A DNA stretch of 64,000 bases from Sphagnum compactum (Eukaryota), in contig OZ234493.1 in NCBI GenBank assembly GCA_965153455.1, positions 31,796,213-31,860,212 on the forward strand, given 5' to 3'. The notes beneath the pieces were generated by a model, which was not told the origin of the DNA, made no database searches, and worked only from the letters and a program-made list of their open reading frames with translations. Made by a program: the position numbers and the translations under genes. The stretch's first letter is position 1. Every line of letters begins with the position of its first letter. Of this stretch, positions 40,560 to 52,800 are shown in pieces.

Positions 40560-43500
40560 TTAAATATACAAAAAGATTAAAGTTGTTTCAAGCTCTATCA
40601 CCCTTTCTACGATTTGACATAGAGTAGTTCAAAATGGTTAAAGGAATGTAAGGTTCAAGTAGAGGAGTTGCAAGAAAAAAACTTCATTTGGCCAAATGTA
40701 TCCTTGCATGAAAATTCCATAACTTTTTGTGAAGAATAATACTTTTTTGATATCTAAATGTGCATTGATTATCAAACATTAAATCAATAAATAATGATGA
40801 ATAAGTATCCATGGATGATTTTTTCAACAAAGTTTGTGATGATAATAAGTTTTTTACAAAATTTGATTAATGAATTGGAGATGAAAACATACATAAGTCA
40901 TACATGAATGATATATTTAGACAATTTTAGAATATATTCATGATAATCTTTTTGGATGATGTATTTATATGTAATTAAAGTCTTATAGAACATAGATGGA
41001 TTTAAATAAGTATTACAAGTCTTTAGAAAAAATGGTTTATGCCAAAGTTTCAAATTTTGAGTTTAATAGATGAGAAATGGACTATGTATTTAACATATTG
41101 TGAATGATAAAGGAATATTTGTAATCAATGATGAAACAAAGGCCATTAAAAATGGTCAATACTAAAATAAGTACCTTGAGTAAAAAACTTTATAAACTTC
41201 ATTGGATTTGATTGGGTTTGTGAATATATTATTTGTGATTGTTTAGGTCACAATTTGCGTGAGCATCTTAAAATCTATAATTTTGTAGTTTGGAACAAGC
41301 ATATATAAAAATGTTGAAATATTTTCATGTGTATGAATACAATTAATATTTTGGCAATATTGTATAACACCAAAATCTTGTCTTATATTGAAATAACTCT
41401 TGTACATATATAATTGTTATAATACAAATATTTATGTAATAAATATTTATTGTAATCTGATATGTTTATACAAAATTGATCTTTTGAGTACATAATTGGT
41501 TCACTTACATATATTGACAACCCTTTAAGATGTTAGGAATGTGTTGAACCATCACATTTTTTGTCCATATAGCAAAATATCTTGAATTTTATGTGATTAG
41601 GGGGGGAGGGGGGGGGGGGGATCATCCCATAATGTATTTACTATGATGTATTTTGATGTTTAAAATTCAATATTTTAAAGTTCTAATCATATGATTTATA
41701 TTTGGGTCTTAATTTTGTGAAAATCCCAATAAAACAACATTTATTTTTCACAAAATCACATGGAACACCAAAAAAAACTATGTATATTTAAGCCAAATGG
41801 ATTGAATGTCATATAATTTGAATGTTTGAAAATCTTGACATGCAAGAAAATTGTGCAATTCACACGATTAGGTGGGAAAGTTGGTGAAATTGTTTTAAAA
41901 TTCTAATGATGATGATTTCATTGGAGTTGGTTTCGGTGGGAAGGTTGGTGAAATTGTTTTAAAATTCCAGTGACGATGATTTCATTGGAGCTAGTTTAGG
42001 TGGGATGGGCTATAGTCGTAGGTCATACAAAAAGACAATTCCAAATTGTAAATTTATAAAGGTCAATTCCAAACCAGAATTTTTAAAAAATAAACATTTT
42101 ACAACTTGTAATGTTTCAAAATGTCCTTATGGATCCTAAGATATGAAAAGAGAAACAAATCTCTTTATTTTTTTCAATGTCTTTTGGAATTTTTGTGTCG
42201 TTTCAATTCTTTTTTAATAATCTTTATGTTTTTCCAATTTCATACACATGTTTACATGTAATTTCATACAAATGTAAATATGTGTTATTTCATTTGAATA
42301 TGTTGAGATTATTTCAAGAGATTAACATGTTTTTTTTCTTTGAGATTAAGCTAGTTTTCAATAAAAACTTTTCCTTTAAATACTTAATTCAAGGATTTAA
42401 TCCTCACTTGCTTAGTTGATTTAATGTTTATCCACCCTAATTGCTTTCAAAATTTCAATGAATTAAAAAATGGGTGGCTGATTAAATCTCCCTTGGATGA
42501 TAATTGGGTGATATTTTGTACAATTTGAATCCTATATATATTTGAAAATAACAAAGTTTCCAAATGTAACCTTTTTTTTTTTTTGGGTCATTTCATCACC
42601 ATTGGTAGTGCCACGAAGTCAAAGTATCTTAATGCTTCTAAATATGCCAAAAAACTACAATACCATAGCTCGTTTTTGTGCCATTCTAACAAATTGTGAC
42701 CTCATTGACTTGTGCAATGGAAATGTAGGTGGAAATACATAGTAATTGAAAAATTAATGTTTCAAGTTTTGAAAAAAAAAAGTTATTACACATCCTTATC
42801 CAAAATGGTATGACAAGTTAAGATTATAGTGACTGTGCTAGGTTTGACAATGGCAAACCTATGATATGATCCAACAAGAGCAAATAAGATTATAATGAAT
42901 GTGTTAGGTTTGGAAATGGTTGAAGTTATTTCATAAAGAATGAGAAGTGGGTGGCATACATGATATATATTTTTCATTTATTGTTGTTGGTAGAACAAAA
43001 TTATCACATTATTAAACAAGAACACATGGTTCATGTTAACCATCAAACATTGGAGGCACTACCTTGCAAACAAAGAGTTTGTTGTCAAGGCATATCATAA
43101 AACATCAATGTACTTAGAGATGCATTAGTCTTTATCAAAACGACGCATTTTTTTGGGTGGAATGGTGACAACAATTTAATGTTTCAATGTATGAAAAGAA
43201 ATGTCAACTAGCACACACAATGACGAGGATGCCCCATATAATCATGTTAAAGAAGGTCAAATTTTAACTAGAATGTTGGGAACATATGTCTAATGTTATC
43301 CTAAAAATGAAGACATTTTGGGAGCGTATAAAAAATCAAAGTGAAGGAAGTTTAAAAATTAGCCCCTTAATTATAGAAGTAAGTTATGAATTTTCATTGA
43401 ATCATCTTTTAGGATAAAAGTTTAGTTTGAAACTCTTGATATGACATATTAGAGGCAAGAAAACATTGGAGCAACTTCAACATGGATTTTACTAGCCTAA

Positions 43501-44200
43501 AATACAATGTGGAGGCATATATATGTGGTTGAATGAATTCTCAACAAAATAAGTAAAACAATCCCTAGCTAAAATTTGATTTTTACAACCATTATCAATA
43601 CCTAACAAATGATGGGAATGCATGAATATGGATATTGTCTATGATTTAGTTTGCAATGATTCAAGATATGATGTTTGTAAGCAAATTAAATATGATGACC
43701 TCATTACAAAATCCATTATAACCCTTGAATTCATTTAAATGTATTTAAAAATAATCTACTCTCACCATGATCTATTCATGGTTTTAGTCGTTGAAAAAGG
43801 TGCACAATGTCCTAGGTATCGTGTTTTGAAAAAAAATTCAAAACCAAACTTGTTATGTCTCCAACTTACCAACATGAAATATATGGTCAAACTAGAGAAA
43901 CAATCTCCACAATTGAAAATATGTTAAACTCCCTCAACTTAGGAGAACAAGAAAAATGGGATTGGTTATAACCCATGGTAAATTTTTCTTACGATAATTC
44001 CACGAGTGCTTATAAAATAAAATTTCATTGAATCCCAACTTTGTTTGTCCACAACCTACCCATCAATTGGTTCACTAAAATTAAGCATTTGCTTCATTGA
44101 CCGTTCTTGATAATTAAACATGTAGGAGTCATTGCATACAAATTGTAATCACCATTGTACATGAAGACTTAATTTATTTTCCTCGTCTTGGTTTTGCATG
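40560..44200 (+). mobile_element. Decayed Ty3/gypsy LTR-retrotransposon pol relic (RT, RNase H, integrase), interrupted
   Basis: RT: MCIDYQTLNQ*IMMNKYP at 40758 and IFLDDVFI at ~40945. RNase H: IKHWRHYLANKEFVVKAYHKT at 43042. Integrase: LQPLSIPNK*WECMNMDIV at 43583 and PMVNFSYDNS at ~43970. The RT-RH-INT order is diagnostic of gypsy. LTRs not recognisable. Confidence 0.85.
41870..42005. repeat. ~64-bp tandem duplication
   Basis: ggtgggaa(a/g)gttggtgaaattgttttaaaattc...gatgatttcattggag present twice in tandem. Confidence 0.85.
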
Positions 44201-45537
44201 TGTATCAATTTCACCCATCAACATTCACCAACATTCAACACCACACCCCTTTCATTGAGTTGGTGGACAATCTTGAAAAATGGGACGATCTTGAAAAAGC
44301 AAATGAACAAATGAGAAAGAAAAGAAGAGTTGGAATGCTTAATGTTATGGAAAGGTTATCCATTATTCATGAAGCCACTTAGAGACTAATGCCAAACTTA
44401 CTTCGCATGCAATTCTAATCAATCACATTTTAAAAACTTAACAAATAACAACATTGCCTCCTAGAGGGGTCAAGATTGTAACAACAAAAAAATTGGAAAA
44501 AATAGGGAAACACATTTGAAATTTCCCAAAGGTAATTATAAAAACCTTTAAAAAATTACTAAGAAACAAATATGACCATATTTTAGAATGTTCATAAAGG
44601 TGGTTTACACAAGAGGCAAAGTTCATTTTTAGTTAAAGAAAACATAAGTAAATCTTCAAAGGTAGCTAATGTTTTGACATGTTTTTAGGTCTTTAAATTT
44701 AAACTTTAAAACACAATGTGCACATTTAGAAGTTTTATGTGACAAAACATCGTTTGTATGAAAACTAGGCATGTATATTGATTTTAATATCTCACCCAAG
44801 TAATGTTACACATATATATACATTCAAAAATTTAAATACCAGTTAAGTAGATGTCTACATACTTAAAAAATAATTCTAATACAAGTAAAGGTATACAAAC
44901 TTTGCAAATTGTCAAATTTGAATAAAGGTAAAGGAGTTGGTGCATGGTACAATGGACTAATTTTTGGACTTTTTGAAATTTTTTATAGAGTGCTTGCCAT
45001 TTTAATGATCATATTTGATATGTTTTAAAAAAATTTATAGGGGTTTAATTTAAGGATGCCAACTATTCCATTTATTAGATTTTCATAACCAAGAAAAATG
45101 CAAGAGATATAGACTTTCAAAATTAAATATTATAGATTATAATCTTGACATAAAAACATTTATATGAACTTTGAAATGGTCCAATCATGTGTTGGTCAGG
45201 GACTTGATTTTGGTTAGATAACATATTGAAAAAATTGAGTTTGAAAAGTTTTGCATGATGACATTTATAAGATTTTATCTATGGACTTTTAAACAAGTTT
45301 AACCTAGGGTTTTTTCAAAAGTCTATAAAATATTAGTTTTATTATTTTTGGGGATTATTCTTGTGCACATGTGTTAAGAAAAGGGACCTCTAAATGGGCG
45401 TCAGATTAAATGAAAAATTTACCCAAGAGCCCAATGAAAAACCTTTGTAATTCGTTTTAACCCACAAAAAAATCCTTGGTTTAGATTAACAAAATGATAA
45501 TTTAAAAAAAATATTGGTCCACTCTACCGTGCACGGA

Positions 45538-45890
45538 GAGGGATCTTACACGTATAAGTTGGCGTGATTTCCCTTGCACTCCCAAACGAGAGTCATTGAG
45601 TAGGTGTAAGATCGCTCCACTTTCTTAGAAAGGATATGGATATGAGGTGAGAGAGAGAGATCTTACATGTATAAGTGAGCCTAATTTCCCTTGCACTCCT
45701 AACTAGTCACTCGAGTAAGTGTAGGATCGCTCCAAACTTTTGTTTTTAAGAAAGGGATATCCATGGATATGAGGCAAGACGGATCTTACATGTGTAAGTG
45801 AGCTCACTTTGCACTCCTAACAAGTATTCATCCATCGTGTAGGTGAAAGATCACTCGACTTTCTTAGAAAGGATATTCATGGGTATGAGG
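45538..45890. repeat. Three tandem ~120-bp units, each with an internal inverted repeat
   Basis: Unit gatcttaca..taagt..ttgcactcc..gtgtaagatcgctc..aaaggatat..tatgagg. In unit 1 the arms 45538-45554 and 45601-45617 pair at 15 of 17 positions. Confidence 0.85.
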
Positions 45891-46427
45891 TGCCCTCCAA
45901 ATAAGTTACACTCGGATATTCTCCAAGTGCTTTTGGATAAACCAATGGCCAATTGAGGAAGAAGCTGAACAAGATAAGACCTACACATCATTCCGAGACA
46001 TCAATGATGTGTAGGTGTCGGAAAAGACTGCAAGGAAAAAAAAGTTTTTGACAGACCTCTTGAGTAATAATAACAATAATAGTAATAATAATAATAAAGG
46101 GCACAAGTCAAAACCAACAATGAATAAAACAAAAAAATAGTCATGAGAAATTTTATTTTTTTTCAAAACCAAACAACTCATGAACCCAAATAAAAGAGTG
46201 GGTGATGAACAGAACCCTACATGGATGAAAATCAAACCAAGTAGTACAACTACTAAGCCTAGTGGTGGTAAAAACTCGAAACCAACAATCCATGAACCCA
46301 AAGAAAGAAGTCCATGGGTACAACAAGTCAAAACCAACAATTTGTGAACCCCAAAAACAGTTGTAGTGAGTAAGAGTCAAAACCCAACAAGCTCATGAAC
46401 CCAAAAAAAAAAGTTATGGATGAAAAG

Positions 46428-46860
46428 TGGAAACTAACAATCCACGAACCCAAAGAACCAATGGGTAAATGTCAAAAAGTCCAAACTTACAATCCATGAA
46501 CCCAAATGACCAGTGGGTAAACGGTCAAAAGTTTCAAACTAACCATCCATGAACCCAAAAAACCAGTGGGTAAACATCAAAAAAGTCCAAACTAACAATC
46601 CATGAACCCAAATTACCAGTGGGTAAATGTCAAAAGTCCAAACTAACCATAAATGAACCCAAAAAATCAGTGGGTAAACCGTCAAAAGTCCAAACTAACA
46701 ATCCATGAACCCAAAAAACTAGTGGGTAAACATCAAAAGTCTAAACTAACAATCCATGAACCCAAAAAACCAGTGGGTAAATGTCAAAAGTGGAAACTAA
46801 CAATCCGTGAACTCAAAAAACCAGCGGGTAAATGTCAAGACTAACCATTCATGAACCAAT
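46428..46860. repeat. ~51-bp minisatellite, about 8 copies, with older degenerate copies back to ~46100
   Basis: Unit ccaaactaacaatccatgaacccaaaaaaccagtgggtaaatgtcaaaagt. Confidence 0.92.
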
Positions 46861-47224
46861 GGGGAAAGTAAAACCCATGACAACCTCCTTTTCATAAGGA
46901 TCATAGGATATGTAGGGTTTAGTGCTTGATCATCAAGAAAGACAGTTTAGCCAAATTTGGCTATGAAAATATTTAAGCATCTTTCTATATCATTGGCAAT
47001 CTACTGGAGAACCTGGTGTTGAATATGGGCAATTTTTATTAAAATTTTCAGATTTTGGTGATCCGAAAATCCCCCCACCCCCCCTACCCAAAACATTTTT
47101 TTTTCCATTTTTGCAATGGGTGAAATGATTTTCACCCCAAAGGAAATAAAACATTGAGAAGGAGGTAAATATTAAAGGTGCAAAGAATTTGATTCACAAC
47201 AAACCAAACCAATTGAGGTTAGCT

Positions 47225-48175
47225 ACCTTTTGACTTTCACCCTTGAAGGCTCACCACCCATTCCCATTCCTCACTTATAGACTTCTTAAGTGCTTCTTGG
47301 TAGTTGAATTAGAATCTCTACATATTATCACTCTCTAGTTTTAGAAATCATTTGACTTTTGTTATAACCTTTCTTTGGCTATTTTCACTTTCTTCTTTGT
47401 AGTGGTGCTTTTGTTACATACCTAATGAATGACTTTGCCCCTTTATGACAAGTTCAAACCAGCAACAATTAAAAAAAGTAGGGAAATGTTTCATATGAAG
47501 TTCCCCCCTCCAAAAATGAACACACAATTGGAGAATCCTCCATGGGGTCTGGCTATGTCTTGACTTTCACCCTTTCGAGACTCACCTCCCGTTTCATGGC
47601 TTGATTTCATGGTGTTTGGACTTGTGGTGTAGAAGTTCTTGAATATTGAATGATTTTCTTCGCTGAAAATTAAATTACGTCGTGGCTGAAAATTTTGGAG
47701 GAATTGGAATGTGCCTTTTGGTGTTGTTGGAAAGATCTTGATGAGCGGGATTTAATGGAATTTATTTGGTAAGATTTGGATTCAGAATGTGGGTTGATAT
47801 TGATTTTAAAGTGATTTTCTGCCACTGAAATTTCAAATAAATCCCAACAATCCAGGTTCTGGAAGGAAACATCAGTTGAGGATATGGCCACACTAGTGCT
47901 CCATGAAGTTCCCAGTGCTGACTTCTTAAATGCTATTTTGGTGGTAGGATGGTAGTTGAATTAGGATCTTCCTCTCCCTTTATCATCACCCTCTAATCTT
48001 AAAAGATTTGGACTTCTGTTGTTCATTGGTTTCTTCCTCTCTATTTTCACCAATTCTTTCTACTTTGTGCTTTTTGTTAACAAGCATCATTTGTTGCATA
48101 AGCACTCTACTACCCCTTACAGCAAGTTCAAACTTCAAACCCAACAACAGGTCAAAATAGGAAATGTTCCACAAT
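47225..48175. repeat. Old degenerate local duplication
   Basis: ttgactttcaccctt..ctcacc at ~47230 and ~47560. The block ttcttaa.tgct..ggtagttgaattag.atct..acaagttcaaac..ggaaatgtt occurs at ~47283-47490 and again at ~47923-48170. Confidence 0.6.
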
Positions 48176-48833
48176 TCACACTAACACTTGGTACACATTC
48201 CTCAAATGTGGAACCAAATGAAAAGTGACATCATTTTTCCATTTTGGTACTCTTTACATTACATGTAGGAGAGCTCCTATTTTGGCAAAAAACTGTGGAT
48301 TCTTTTCAGTGGTGGCACCTACGTACGGTGTAATGCAAGACACCAGTTTTTGTTGTACCAGTGGATGGTTGTTCTAGTAGGTAGTCTGTGTCCTAGTAGA
48401 GTTCAGGTGGAGTTTGGTCATCTGGACTGTACTGCTCTTTTAATTGCCATCATCTACCGACCGTGCTGCCAATCATACCTTCCAAAATCCCATTTTTTCA
48501 ACTGAAGTTTTGCAACAGCAATTGGCAAATGAAAGTTGCAAAGACTCTCTCCCTCAATTTTGAGGGTAGAAGAGTAGCATAGCCTACATTTGTCGGGACG
48601 TGAGAGAAGCACATGTACTTTTGAAATTTTCAGAAGTGGAAATAAAACAGGTCTATGAATAAATGTTGTACACAATACACACCCAAACACTTCATTGCAT
48701 CTCTTTGTCAGATTCTATGAGTTTCCTGAAGCTGTTCTCCCATTTGTGTGTGTGTGCAAACTGGATGGTACACAGCAAAAAAAGATGACCCAAAATTTTG
48801 GAACATCTACTGTTTCCAGAAGTAGAGAAGGAG

Positions 48834-49135
48834 ACCCAAATCAACTCCCTTTTCAGTTGCAGAGAACCATCAACAAACCATCACGAAAACCAGCATATCC
48901 AGGAGTACACAGGATCCACCCAACTCCCCTTTCAGTTGCAGAGAACCATCAACAAACCATCAACAAAACCACCATATTCAGAGGTATAGAGAGCACCCAA
49001 CCCAACTCCCTTTTCGGTTTCCAGAGAATGTTTGACAAACCATCCACAAAACCACCATATCCAGAGATATATAAAGAGGACCCAACCAAACTCCTGTCCC
49101 TTTTCCAGACAACCATCAACAAAAATGCCTTTCAG
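48834..49135. repeat. ~80-bp tandem repeat, 3-4 copies, downstream of the lipase gene
   Basis: Unit caactcccttt(t)cagttgcagagaaccatcaacaaaccatc..aaaacca.catat.cag. Confidence 0.85.
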
Positions 49136-49816
49136 AAGACACTTGAGAGCCAAATTGAGATTTCCTGTATCAGATTACAAAATTAAAATACTTAGGTCCC
49201 GAGTTTTGGGCAGGTGATTTAAAACTAAGAGCTGCTGTCATAATTAAGATTTACATACAATGGGGAAGAAGGCTCCCCTCCCCTAAAAACTGTTGTCTTC
49301 TGCACTTCCCTTTTTTGGCAATTAGGGTTTCCGTTCAGTGCAAGAAAAATTGAATCCCTCGCGTGCAGACAAACTCAAAACAGCTCTTCTGACAGCCCAC
49401 TTCAGGAATACTCTCCCTTATGTACTGCAAAACCCACTCCCACAACTGAAAAACATGGGTATCATTCAAGCTTTGCCACCTCAAGCTTATATATCATACT
49501 TCTCATCTTCATGTGCAACTGACGATGGGGAAAAGGCAGTGTGTGTGTTCAAAGGTACACAATACAGAATCACTCAGTACCCATATATCATGAGCTTGGC
49601 AGGGTGGTCAGGAGCAAGAATTGGTTCTTCTGATTGGTGATGATTTGGGGGAATGAAAAGCAATTTTCTGTAGGAATTTTTTTTCTACAGAGCATTATCT
49701 GAAGAAGTTGAGTCATGCCGACTAAGCTCTGTTGGTGTCTTCAGCTCCTTCACCACCATATTCAAAGCATGTTGACACCTTCACAAGACCAACCACACCG
49801 CCTAATAGTCAGTCAG

Positions 49817-52800
49817 TCAGTCAGTCAATACCTCTTCTTTTTTTCTTTTTTGCAAATTTGCTTCCAAAAGCTCTCTTTTCAGATGCAATTTCAGCATTTC
49901 AAAAATGCACTCTTGACAGCTAAACATGAACTGGAAATCTGATTGCGTTTTTGTCTGACTGCTGAGCAGATTATGTGGGCATATAGACAATACAAGCGAA
50001 ATATTTCTCAACTTTCATGCAAATGACAAAGGACAAGAAAGGACTGCTGAAAGCTTTTGAAACGTGAAGGAAAATTGGTTGGACATACTTCCAGGGCATA
50101 TGGTCGAGGAACATAGCAGGAGACAGAACGATGTTACTGAAACTTTCTCGATCAGTCAAAATTGCTTGATACTTTGTCTCAGATGCTGATCTTTGTCGCC
50201 ACATGTACCAAAACGACAATTTCCACGAGGATTCGGACTTTGGTTTCTCATCCCGGATCACATGGATGACAAGGCCAGGTATGAACATCTCTGCTGGGTA
50301 TTGCTGATGCAAGTCGGATCCAAGTTGATAACCAACTAAATCTGATCCCACATGTCCAGGCATTCCATTTGTACACAAATTAGATGAAAACGTCCTCCTT
50401 GGGGGGCCATTTTCTGTAATTCTAGGGCTTTCATCACTGCTGCTGTCTGCTTCAGTTGTACAGATACCATTTGCTACACAGCTTGAATATCTCTCATCTT
50501 GTCCTGCTCCTCCTAAACCATTGACTTGACTAGCTGAATTGAGAGCAACTCTTGTAGCTTTTCCTCCGTGTGAAAAACTTGCAGTAGACATGAGTTCATG
50601 CTCTTTGCATCTTGTCATACCCTCATTCTGAGACCATGATAGCACCGAATATTCCTCTCCAATCTTGTTCATATGTTCTTGGGCTTCGCAGTCCAATTCA
50701 CTAGCCATGGAGGTGACCTTATGATGATGAGACATTTGTAGCATACAACAACACGTATGTGCACATAAAAAAGCTCCGCCCTTCAGTCTATTCATGAAAC
50801 GAGTCTTCCTATTTATCCGGTTTTCACTGTGACTAAATTGCAGCCTTCCACTCTCTGTGGAATCTTGGCTGTTGCTGACAGTGCTACCATGGCTGCTCCT
50901 TTGCATTGCATCCTCCTCCTCTTGTATCCCACTGCCAGATGAAGAAGAGCTGTTACTGCTGTCCTCGACTTGATTTCGCATTACCTTGGAATGCCTGCTA
51001 CTTGAGTTACGACTGCTGCTGTCACTTGCAAGTGCATTGAGTGCATTCGTACGCAAGCGCATCATTGAAGCTACTGATAAGCGTGAAGAAAATTCATCAT
51101 TGTACACCACACTGTGCACCTCAAGAGATGATGTTAGAGGAGTGCTTTCAATGACCAAGTTGGTACCATTGATGAAGAACTGAAAACTGAACCCTTAAAC
51201 CCTAAAATATGTCCCATATACTATAACTTCTTATTCCACACTTTTATTGTATGCTTCCTAAAGGTATCTAGTTTCATGAATGCACAAACAGATGATATAG
51301 TCCTGTCTATCCACCATGAGATGGAAACAAAAGATCTCATGCATGAAAAACATGTGGCAAGAATTAAAGAATGATTTATACCTTGTGACAAAACTTTTAC
51401 ATGCTTCAGCAATGACTGCATCAATGCATGGCAAAACCCCAAACGCATATACATGCAGCTTTGGGTAGCGTCCACGTAGCTGTGGCCCACAACAAACCAA
51501 GAAAAGCCTAAGGAAAGGGAGGAAAAAAAATACCCCCAAATTGGTGGAAGGAAGATGAAAATAAGACTGTGGGAGTTCTTGTAACATTGTGCTACATTTC
51601 AATTACCCCCCTTTGAACCCATAAGGTTCCATGTTAGGTTCCAACATAGCAATGCTTTCTTTGAGATACTTTGAAAGCAAATTCTTCACAATACAAGACA
51701 TGAGAAAAAGACAAAGAGACAACAACATGAGCATATTACTCATACCCGCAAGCCTGTAAGTGCTGCAATGGCACCCCCTAAAGAGTGCCCGACTAATCGA
51801 AGCTTGTAATCCTTGCAGTCTCCACCAGAACCTAAAAGCTTCGATAATAACCCTTGGTTACCGCTTTCTGAAATCTCCACACATTCTGTCCCATTTGGTG
51901 ATCGTCAATTCTGGACTTTAATAAGCAGTCAAATTCTATCAAGTCTACACAAAAGACCATTTCTGGAAATTGTAGAGAAACTTGGAAATCTCCAAATACA
52001 GTCAATTTTAAGATATATTTCTAACTTAGATTTCTGGCAAATCCCACCTCCAAAGTGCTCTTGAATAACAGGGACTGAAAAGCAATATCAAACAAGACCA
52101 GCAGCTGTGATCAACCACCCGTAACCTTTCAGTGATTAATTAGGTCAAAAAGGTTACCATGGTCTGGTGACTTTGCTGAGGAATTGTTCAAAGTCATGGA
52201 CCTATTGTCATCCTCAGTCAAATTGTCAAGCTCCTTTGACAGCTCACGTGCAGCATTAACTATGCCAACGTGTGCATAATGTGGCATTGTGTCCCTCACC
52301 TTTGATCGCACTTTTTCATCAATTCCAGGTCCTCTGCAAATTCATAACCAAAAGCTTGTGCCATTCAGCTCTGTAGGCATTAAAGCTTTTATTTCTCAAA
52401 GGAATATACTTAACAAGATTTTGCACATTGCCATGCACACTCATAACCAATATATTCGTGTATCATATTTGGAGGATGATGGGTTGGGTGAAGAAAGTGT
52501 CTTCTTACGTCAACAAGCCAAGGAGGTCAGTGTTGGAGAGAGGGCATTCTTGGCTAAGTCCATCTGTAAGGAGATCCTCAGGTGTCTCAGTGCCACGAAT
52601 TGCCACCAATACAGTGCGCAACTTGCGTAAAACCACCACAAAATACGCTGCTTCTCCATTGAGCTTTACAGCAAAAAACAGACAAAAAGAAAGTTGGAGG
52701 GGGGGGAAGCAAGCTTTCATTTCATTAAATCTGCACAGAAAAAGCCTCAGGCCTCATGGAATACACTGCCTCAAACAAATCATTTGATTGAAATATAATT

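Noticed and set aside
48547..48575. ctctccctcaa resembling the 5' end of miR477, in a small hairpin
   Set aside because: Only 11 nt match and the hairpin is far too short for a precursor.
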